In this document: positions 40,210-49,000 of the stretch, piece by piece | How the letters are laid out: each line of letters opens with the position of its first letter | Position numbering within the stretch: the stretch's first letter is position 1 | Notes under the pieces: generated by a model | Database searches by the model: none | What the model saw: the letters and a program-made list of their open reading frames with translations, nothing else | Told to the model about the DNA's origin: nothing | Program-made: the position numbers and the translations under genes | Assembly: GCA_965248765.1 (NCBI GenBank) | Contig: CBDFKF010000001.1 | Span: forward strand, 134,772 to 198,771 | Length of the DNA: 64,000 nucleotides | Source of the DNA: Alphaproteobacteria bacterium | GTDB lineage: Bacteria > Pseudomonadota > Alphaproteobacteria > VGEJ01 | Reading direction: 5' to 3'

Positions 40210-41595
40210 CGCCCGATCACGGCGCCGAGCTGCGCCACCTCCTTCGCCGAGCCGAGGCGATCGAGGCGTGCCATCAACGAATCCTGAAGGGTGGCCGGAA
40301 CCGGCATTGGTCGGGCGGAATCGACCGAGCAGGGCCCCGCCTCGACGATGGCTTTGGTCAGCTCCTCGACGAACAGCGGCACCCCTTCGGTTCGCGCCGC
40401 GATCTCTTCTTGGACACCCTCGGGCAGCGTCTGGCTGCCGGGCACATGGGCCACGAGTTCGACACAGCGGCGGCGGTTCAAGCGGCTGAGGATGAGCGCG
40501 GTCACGTGCGGTGTTCCCATCCACGGCGCTACGTACTCCGGCCTGAAGGCGATGAGCACGAGAACGGGGAGTTCGCTCACATGATCGACTATCAGGTCTA
40601 GAAGTTCCTGGGTGGTCGGATCGATCCAGTGGACATCCTCGAAGATCATCAGGACGGGCTGCTCAGCCGCGAGGCCCGAGAGCTGGCCCAATAAGGCGGT
40701 GAGGGTCAGCTCCTTCTGTCGCTGCGGCGTGTAGTCGAGGGCGGGGTAGCGATAGCCCGCCGGGATGGTGAGGAGCTCGGCGAACAGCCAGGCGACGGCA
40801 GCGACCTCGGATGTGGCTCGCTTGATGAGGGCTTCGAGCTTGTCGAGCTTCGCGGGCGCCGGATCGTCGGTCTGGATGCCCGCCGCAAACGTCATTTGTG
40901 TAATGAGTGGATGGAGCGCGCTGCTCGCGTGGTGTTGGGAACACTGATAGCGGAGCCGCGTGTGCGGCGTATCTCCGATCCGCTCCCTGATCTCGCGCGT
41001 CAGACGGGACTTGCCGATGCCTGGCTCGCCCGAGATCAGCACGACCTGCCCTTCGCCCGCGCTGGCTTCGCCCCAACGCCGCGACAGGACATCCATCTCC
41101 AGATCCCGGCCGACGAACTCGGTCAGCGCCCCTGGATGCCGCGCCTCGAAGCGGCTTTGAGTCCGCCGCTCGCCGGCCACACGCCAAGCCGACACCGGCT
41201 CAGCGCCGGCCGTGAGATCCTGTGGCCCGAGATCCGCGAACTCGAAGGTGGAACCCAACAGGCGGTGCGTGCGTTCGCCCACGACGATGGAGCCGGCCTG
41301 GGCGAGCCGCTGGAGGCGCGCGGCCAGACTCGGGGTCTGGCCTGAGACCGCCTGCGTCTCGCCGCCGTCGCCGTCGGCGACCTCGTCAACCACCACTTGG
41401 CCGGTGGCGATCCCGACACGCGGCAATATTCCGACCTCGTCGGGTTCGGGTGGGTTTGCAGCGCCTCGACGATACCGAGGCCTGCATGCACGGAACGCTC
41501 GGCGGCGTCTTCATGACCGCCGCCAGCGGCGCTCCGCATTCATCGCAAAAGCGACTGTCGGCGCTATTCTCGTGGCTGCAGGCGGGGCATTGCAT
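40210..41595 (-). pseudogene. Zn-ribbon + adenylate/guanylate cyclase + AAA ATPase protein remnant (internal deletions, 3' truncated)
   Basis: CPAC...CDECG, HEDAAERSVHAGL, RVGIATG, GEPGIGKS, FEDVHW, GVPLFVEEL; stops at AVIGR. Confidence 0.85.
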
Positions 41596-41807
41596 GGCCG
41601 AGAAGGTGCGCGATCAGTGCGTGCCTCCGGTCCCGCGCTGGGAAACAACGCGACGGCCGGTGTTCGGAGCCATCCTAGCAAACGCTTGGCGAGATGGCCG
41701 CGTGCATCGTCGAGCCCCAAGTTTCTTGGCCAGCCCGGTTGATGGACTCGGGTTGGGGCCTTACCTAGACTGAAGCTACGGCAAAGACGCCGGCCAGCGA
41801 GGAAAGC

Positions 41808-43565
41808 ATGGAGCGCGCAAGCGTCGAGCGCAGACTGGCGGCCATCGTGGCGGCCGACGTCACCGGCTACTCCCGCTTGATGGGCGAGGACGAGGCGGGC
41901 ACGCTGGCCGCGCTGATGACGCTGCGCAAGGACCTCATCGATCCTAAGATCGGCGAGCACCACGGTCGGCTGGTGAGCACAGCGGGCGACGGCTTCCTGA
42001 TCGAATTCGGCAGCGCTGTCGATGCGGTGAACTACTCGGTGGAGCTCCAGGAAGAACTGATCGTGCGCACCGCCGATGTCCCCGAACCCCGGCGCATCCG
42101 CCTGCGCATCGGCATCAACGTCGGCGACGTCATCGTCGAGGGCGACGATCTCTACGGCGACGGCGTCAATGTCGCGGCGCGACTCGAAGGACTGGCCGAG
42201 CCCGGCGGTGTCTGCATCTCGCGCACCGCCCGTGATCAAGTCCGCGACAAGCTGCCCTTGCAGCTCGAGGATCTCGGCGAGCAGGAAGTCAAGAACATCG
42301 CCCGCCCGGTACGGGCATTTCGCGTGCTGATCGGTACAACACCAGAGCCGACGGCTGCGCCAGCGGCGGCGCAGAGCCTGCCTGACAAGCCGTCGATCGC
42401 GGTGCTGCCGCTCGAGAACATGAGCGGTGACCCCGAACAGGAGTACTTCGGCGACGGCATCGCCGAGGACATCTTGACCGCGCTCTCGAAGATCGACAGC
42501 CTGTTCGTGATCGCCCGCAACTCGAGCTTCGCCTACAAGGGCAAGACCGTCGATATGCGCGAGATGAGCCGCGAGCTCAACGTGCGCTACGTGCTCGAAG
42601 GCAGCGTGCGCAAGGCCGGCAACCGGGTACGCATAACCGCGCAGCTGATCGACGGCGAGAGCGGCGGGCACCTGTGGGCCGAACGCTACGACGGCGATCT
42701 GACCGATATCTTTGGGTTGCAGGACGAGGTCACCCAAAAAATTGTCGAGGCGCTTCAGATCAAGCTGACGGCGGAGCAGCGCGAGCGGCTGGTGCGTCAG
42801 AAAACCTCCAACATAGAGGCCTACGACTGCGTGCTGCGCGGGCGGGAGCTGATGCTCAAGTCGACGATCGAGTCCAACCGCGAGGCGGAGGACCTGGTGG
42901 AACGCGCGATCGCACTCGATCCCAACTACGCCTTGGCCCATGCGGCGCTGAGCCAGGTGCATATGCAGAGGGTTTCGGTCGGCTGGGCCGAGGATCAGGT
43001 GAGAGCCCTTACGGCAGCCGGTGAATGCGCGCAGAAAGCATTGACGCTCAACGAGACTCTGGCCATGGCGCATCGCGCCATGGCTTTCGTCGCTCTCTGG
43101 CAGCGGGATCACGAGCGGGCCCTGGCTGAGGCGGAGCGGGCGCACGAACTCGAGCCCAACGACGCCGATTGCTACGACAGTCTTGCCGGCTTGTGTTGCT
43201 TCATCGGTCGTCCCGCAGAGGCAGTTGAGCACGCGAAGCATTCCATGCGGCTCAATCCGCACTACACAGGGATGGCGCCGTTCAACATGGGGCACGCCCA
43301 CTTCCTGACAGGGAACTACGACGAGGCGGCCGACTGGTTCCGCCGGGGCCTGGAACGCAACCCGAACTTCCTGCCGAACCACGCGCTGTTGGCCGCATTG
43401 CACGGCCTGCGGGGCGAGACCGAGGCTGCAGCCAAAGCGCTGGCTGAGGCCCGCCGCCTCAATCCGAACCTGACGATGGACGCGGTGGGGTCGCGCTTGC
43501 CGTACACCGATCCGGCGGTACTCGGCGTTCTCGTGAAGGGGCTGCGGGCCGCCGGCCTTGAATAA
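41808..43565 (+). CDS. Adenylate/guanylate cyclase with TolB-like and TPR domains
   Basis: ADVTGYSRLM, GDG, GDGVNVAARL, PSIAVLP, TPR repeats. Confidence 0.93.
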   Translation: MERASVERRLAAIVAADVTGYSRLMGEDEAGTLAALMTLRKDLIDPKIGEHHGRLVSTAGDGFLIEFGSAVDAVNYSVELQEELIVRTADVPEPRRIRLRIGINVGDVIVEGDDLYGDGVNVAARLEGLAEPGGVCISRTARDQVRDKLPLQLEDLGEQEVKNIARPVRAFRVLIGTTPEPTAAPAAAQSLPDKPSIAVLPLENMSGDPEQEYFGDGIAEDILTALSKIDSLFVIARNSSFAYKGKTVDMREMSRELNVRYVLEGSVRKAGNRVRITAQLIDGESGGHLWAERYDGDLTDIFGLQDEVTQKIVEALQIKLTAEQRERLVRQKTSNIEAYDCVLRGRELMLKSTIESNREAEDLVERAIALDPNYALAHAALSQVHMQRVSVGWAEDQVRALTAAGECAQKALTLNETLAMAHRAMAFVALWQRDHERALAEAERAHELEPNDADCYDSLAGLCCFIGRPAEAVEHAKHSMRLNPHYTGMAPFNMGHAHFLTGNYDEAADWFRRGLERNPNFLPNHALLAALHGLRGETEAAAKALAEARRLNPNLTMDAVGSRLPYTDPAVLGVLVKGLRAAGLE

Positions 43566-43619
43566 CGAGCGGACGGTCCCGGGCAAGACCGTTGTCGGGC
43601 TCAGCGGGAGGACGAGTGC

Positions 43620-43905
43620 ATGGCGGAGAGGATCGTCGGACATGTGCGGGTGGACAGCGGCTATCTGCTGCTGTGCGACCCGACGCGGTTACAGGCGGAG
43701 GATTTCGAACTGCTGCGCGACTGGTTCGCGGTGATCGGCAATCACGGCGGCATGTGGCCCGACGCGGCGCCGGTGCAGACGCTGGGCGGGGGGCTTGGTG
43801 GTCGAGGTTGCCGGCGGCGATGGCCACGTGGTGCAGGACCCGGAGAGCGGCACGACCACGCTGATCGTGGATCAGCACGGAGCACCGGTCGTGGTGAGTG
43901 ACTGA
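43620..43905 (+). pseudogene. Small hypothetical protein, possible +1 slip in a G6 tract
   Basis: RBS plus ATG 43620; VDSGYLLLCDP; plausible C-terminus (LVVEVAGGDG...) in another frame after GGGGGG 43788-43793. Confidence 0.4.
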
Positions 43906-44004
43906 CTGCGCGGTGCCGCGCCGCTCGTTCGTGCCGCGGCGAGGCATCGGCGCACGGTACGGTTAAGCTCACCACCTCCACACACTCCGTCGTCCCCGCC
44001 CGAC

Positions 44005-45201
44005 ATGCGCGCCCAATCCTCTCGCCTGCCGCTCGTCTTCTCGTCTGTCGCGCACACGTACGCGCATCTGACGATGCTGCTCTATCCCACGGTGGTGCTG
44101 GCGCTTGAGCCGGTCTACGGGCTGCCATACGACGAGCTCGTCATACTCGCATTGCCAGGCTTCATCCTGTTCGGCGCCGGCGCCCTGCCGGCCGGATGGC
44201 TGGGCGATCGCTGGAGCAGCAGCGGCATGATGGCCGTCTTCTTCTTTGGTACCGGCGCCGCCGCCGTCACCACGGGATTCGCCGGAAACCCATTCGAGAT
44301 CGCCGTCGGGCTGGGTCTCATCGGTCTTTTCGCCTCGATATACCATCCCGTCGGGATCGCCTGGCTCGTGCGCAATGCGGTCAACCGCGGGCGGGCTCTC
44401 GGCATCAACGGGGTATTCGGCAGCATCGGGACAGCGGGCGGCGCCTTGGTTGCCGGCGGTCTGACCGACACGCTGGGTTGGCGGGCCGCCTTCATCGTGC
44501 CGGGTGTGATGTGCATGGCGACCGGCCTGGTCTTCGTCTGGGTGCTACGGCGGCGCGGTTTCGGCGATCCGGTCGAGGAACCACCAACGATGCGTACCGG
44601 CGGCGGGCCACAGCTGCGGCTGGCATTCGGCCTGATGGCTTTCACGATCATCATGATCGGCCTGATCTATCAGAGCACCACGATCGGTCTGCCGAAGCTC
44701 ATGAGCGAGCGGTTCCATGAGATCGCCGCCGGCGGCACCTTTGGTATCGGGCTGTTGGTGGCGATCGTCTACGTCATCGCGGGCGTTGCGCAGATCGTCG
44801 GCGGCGAGCTGGCCGACCGCCTCGATCTTAAGCGGATCTACGCGCTCGGCTTGTTTGCGGGGGCGCCGTTCGCGGCGGCCGCGTTCAGTGCCGGCCACGT
44901 CTGGTTCGTCGGGGCAGCGGCGATACTGATGGCTTTGCAGACGATGATCATGCCGGCAGAGAATGCGCTGCTTGCGCGCTATACCCCGGTCGACTGGCGC
45001 GCCCGGATGTTCGGGCTGAAGTTCGTTCTGGCCCTGGGCGTGAGCTCGGCCGGTGTCGCGCTCGTACCCGTCGTTCACCGCCTGACCGGTGCGCTCGATG
45101 CGCTCTATCTCATTATCGCGGCGATGACCGTGGCGGCGGGAATTGCCGCTTCGCAGCTGCCCGGTCGACCCAGCGCGACCCGCATCAGGGTGCGCGCCTA
45201 A
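44005..45201 (+). CDS. MFS transporter
   Basis: About 12 TM; GWLGDRW, ASIYHP. Confidence 0.9.
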   Translation: MRAQSSRLPLVFSSVAHTYAHLTMLLYPTVVLALEPVYGLPYDELVILALPGFILFGAGALPAGWLGDRWSSSGMMAVFFFGTGAAAVTTGFAGNPFEIAVGLGLIGLFASIYHPVGIAWLVRNAVNRGRALGINGVFGSIGTAGGALVAGGLTDTLGWRAAFIVPGVMCMATGLVFVWVLRRRGFGDPVEEPPTMRTGGGPQLRLAFGLMAFTIIMIGLIYQSTTIGLPKLMSERFHEIAAGGTFGIGLLVAIVYVIAGVAQIVGGELADRLDLKRIYALGLFAGAPFAAAAFSAGHVWFVGAAAILMALQTMIMPAENALLARYTPVDWRARMFGLKFVLALGVSSAGVALVPVVHRLTGALDALYLIIAAMTVAAGIAASQLPGRPSATRIRVRA

Positions 45202-45206
45202 TCGGC

Positions 45207-46049
45207 CTATTCAGGAAGCTCGCTCGACAGCGTGCCGTCGCCGTGACTCTCTGGACCACGCGCAGCGGCCGCGGTGATCGCGTCCGGATAGCGGGCGGCG
45301 AGGTAACGGTCGAATACCCCGAGCAGTGCCGTAACGTCGGGATTGAGCGCATCCCACAGCCTCATCTCCGCTGCCGCGCTCACCGCCATGTACTCTTTGA
45401 AGTCAGAGCACCAGCGCTGTTCGAGGGAGTTGCGGAACGCGACCATTTCGCGCGATCGCTTGTCGAGGCCGAGATCCTGGTGCGCGATCTCTTGGTAGAG
45501 GTACGCCTGGCACTCGGAATCGAGCTCGCGCAGGTAGCGCAGAGAACCGTGCAGATACTGCATGCCGTGCCCCACGAGCTCGTGGGCAACGATGACGGCC
45601 AGGGCTTCGGGCGACCATTTGATGCCGTAGCGCCCGACCACGACCGCAAACCGCTTGGGCGCGGCGGGATCGGCGTCCGGATCATGGTGGAAGGCGGCCA
45701 GGCGTAGTCCGTTGAAGCCCGCCGTCTTCTTGGGGAAGCGCGGATCGTAGACGATGGTCACGGTGCCGTTGCCGGTCAACGTTGCCACCGCGGCCACGGC
45801 TGTCGGCGAGCGGCGCATCAGCTCGTCGAGGGCGGCGCGCAGATTGCGCAGGCCGGTGCGGGCATCGACGATACCGATGGAATAGGCAGAGCGCACCGGT
45901 GCCGGCACGGCCACCAGGTTGATGTCAGCGTAGGTCTCGCGCAGGGGCTCGGTGGCGGCTGGCTTGGGCCACAGCGCGCCGTGCACAAGCATTGTCACGC
46001 ACGCGAACAAGACCACAGATGCATGCCGGCCGAGCATCACAACAACCAT
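45207..46049 (-). CDS. Exported hypothetical protein with HELVGH zinc-binding-like motif
   Basis: Hydrophobic N-terminus; VAHELVGH followed by a downstream Glu. Confidence 0.65.
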   Translation of the reverse strand: MVVVMLGRHASVVLFACVTMLVHGALWPKPAATEPLRETYADINLVAVPAPVRSAYSIGIVDARTGLRNLRAALDELMRRSPTAVAAVATLTGNGTVTIVYDPRFPKKTAGFNGLRLAAFHHDPDADPAAPKRFAVVVGRYGIKWSPEALAVIVAHELVGHGMQYLHGSLRYLRELDSECQAYLYQEIAHQDLGLDKRSREMVAFRNSLEQRWCSDFKEYMAVSAAAEMRLWDALNPDVTALLGVFDRYLAARYPDAITAAAARGPESHGDGTLSSELPE

Positions 46050-46062
46050 CCCCCCAATTCGA

Positions 46063-49000
46063 CTACTCGATCTTAATGTCGTCCGCTGTTACCTGATCGC
46101 CTTGGACCGCGGCGACCACGGTATAGCCGGGATCGACCGGGTCGGAATCATAGTAGAGGATGCCGCCGTCGGCCGTTATCTCGTAAACGAACCCGGCTTG
46201 ATCGAGGCCGGAACTGCCGCCGGTGCCATCGCCGCCGGTGCCATCATAAGGTGCGGTGCCGTCGCTGTTATCGACCACGGCAAAGGCAATCTCGTCGCTG
46301 GTGCCCGTCTTAATGGCATCGGCGAACACAGCGCCGTCGAACACGAAGCTGTCGGTGCCGCTCGCGAAGTCGGTGACGGTATCGGCGCCGGCGAGATCGG
46401 CGCTGATCTCGGCGAGGGTGCGGAACTCAAAACGATCAGCGCCCGTGCCGCCGGTCAGCTCGTCGATGCCGACACCGCCGATCAGGGCATCAACGCCACC
46501 GTTGCCGAACAGCTGATCGTCACCACTGCCACCGACCAGGATCTCATCGTCACCGTCGCCGACCAGATCGTCATCGCCCTCGGTGCCGACGATCAGGGCT
46601 GGCGCGCACGGTGCACAAGGCGCGCAGGGGTTCGGCTCGGTCACCGTTACGCTGAGGGTTGCCTCGGCACTGGTCTTGCCCTCGAGATCGGTGGCGGAGA
46701 AAGTGACGTCGCGCGCGCCGGTGTCGGAATTGCGCACCGGATTTTCGAAGCGGATGGCGCGCAGCACGTCTTGATACTGCGCCGCGCTCGCCTCGCCGGT
46801 CAGCATGATCGTGTCGGTGCCGTCGCCGACGATCGAGAGCGGCGTGCCGTCGATGTCGCCATTGAGGATGGTGAAGAGGTTCTCGTCGAGGGCAAGCCGG
46901 TCGCCTGCGAGCGCGCCGTCGATGGAGATCACTGCCTGGATCAGCGGCAGCGCGTCGGGACTCTGGACGATCAGTCCGGGATCCAGGGTCGTCGCGGGCA
47001 GCAACTCGACGTCGTTGGGGACCGGATCAACGCGGAAAATCACATCCTGGTAATCGGCATCGCCCCCACCCAGAAGATCCTCAAACCCGATCTGCATCTC
47101 GCCGGTCGCGGAGTCGGCACCGGAGATGGCGTGCTGTATGCCGTCCGGATTGAGGCCCAACGTGGCCGACTCGAACGCGCGGGTATGGAAGATATTGCCC
47201 TCGAGCTCGACCTCCGGCCCGCCGCCCGACGGCACGACGTGGAAGGTGGGTGTGGCGTCGGTCACCTTGGCGGGGTCGCCGATGCCATTGCGGAACTCCA
47301 GGGTACTGGTGCCGAAATCGATGCCGGCGTAGTCGTCGTTGAGCGTCGAGCCGTTGGCGATGAGAAAAAAGCCGATCTGGTCGCCGACCGCCAAGCCGGC
47401 CAATACCACCGATGATATGCCGGGCTGGAGGCTGCCGCCGCTCCCCGCCTCGGACGCGTTCTCAAAAATGATCTCCGGATCGGTAATAGTGCCGTCCGGC
47501 GCGATCTTGTAGAAGCCGAGCGTTGAGCGGAAGCCAGCGTTCTCGCTGGCGAACGTGACCGTGATCGAGCCTTCTTCGGTGATGATGAGATCCGCCGGGA
47601 TCACGCCTTGGACATCGGCGGGATCGATCGAGGCGCCCTCGCCGACGTCCGGGAACACCGGCGTTGCCACCTCGAGTGCGATGTCGAGGCTGCAGGCGGA
47701 GAGCAGGACGGACGGCGGATCACCGGTTAGCGCCTCGACGGTGAAGGCAAAGCTCGCCGGTGGCAGGGTGGTTGTGCCGTCACTAACCGTAAAGCTGATG
47801 CTGGTTGCCGTGCCGGGCGAGCCGTCGTGGGCGTAGGAAACGAGGCCGCCGATGAGCTCAGCCTGGGTAAAGTTCGTGGCGGCGATGCCGCCTACCCGAA
47901 CCTCGCTAGCGCCGGCATCGTTCACCGTGTAAATGATGTCGACATCCGCCGTATCGGGATCGGTTGCAGCCAGCACCGTTGCCCCCAGAACAACCTCGCC
48001 ACCTTCGGTCACCGTCGCCCCGGCGTTGGTGGTGATCTCAGGCGGATCGTCAACCGCCGGATCGATCGTGATATCGAAGCTCGCGGCGGCCAGCGTCGTC
48101 GTGCCGTCGGTCACGGTGAAGCTGAAGCTCGTCGCCGGCGCTTCGGAGCCGTCATGGGCATAGGAAATGAGACCGGCGTTCAGCTCGGCCTGGGTGAAGC
48201 TCGTCGTGCCAACGCCGCCGACGCGGATCTCGCCAGCGCCCGCATCGCTCACGGTGTAGGTAATGTTGCCATCCGCGGTGTCGGGATCGGTGACATCGAG
48301 CGAGGCCGCGCTGAGGAAGAACTCGCCACCCTCCGCCACCGTGGCGCCGGTGTTGGTTGTAATCTCAGGCGGATCGTCGTCAGCGGTGACAGTGATATCG
48401 AAGCTCGCCGCGGCGAGGGTCGTGGTGTCGTCGCTGACCGTGAAGCTGAAGCCCGTGGTCGACCCGTCAGAGCCGTCATGGGCATAGGAGACGAGGCCGC
48501 CGTTGAGCTCAGCTTGGGTAAAGTTCGTAGCGGGGATGCCATTGACGCGCACCTCGCCGGCGCCGGCATCGGTCACCGTGTAGACGATGTCGGCAGCCGC
48601 GGTGTCCGGGTCGGTCACCGCGAGCAGCGTCGCGCTCAGCGCCACAACGCCGCCTTCGGCTACGGTAGCCCCGGCGTTGGTGGTGATCTCAGGCGGATCG
48701 TCAACCGCCGGATCGATCGTGATATCGAAGCTCGCGGCGGCCAGCGTCGTCGTGCCGTCGGTCACGGTGAAGCTGAAGCTCGTCGCCGGCGCTTCGGAGC
48801 CGTCGTGGGCGTAGGAGATGAGGCCGGCGTTCAGATCGGCTTGGGTAAAGCTGGCCACCGCGATGCCCCCGACCCGGACCTCGCCGGCACCGGCATCGGT
48901 CACCGCGTAGATGATGTCCGCAGCCGCGGTATCGGCATCGCTAACGGTGAGTAGCGCTGCGGTCAAAGTCACCTCGGCGCCTTCGGCCACCGTGGCACCA

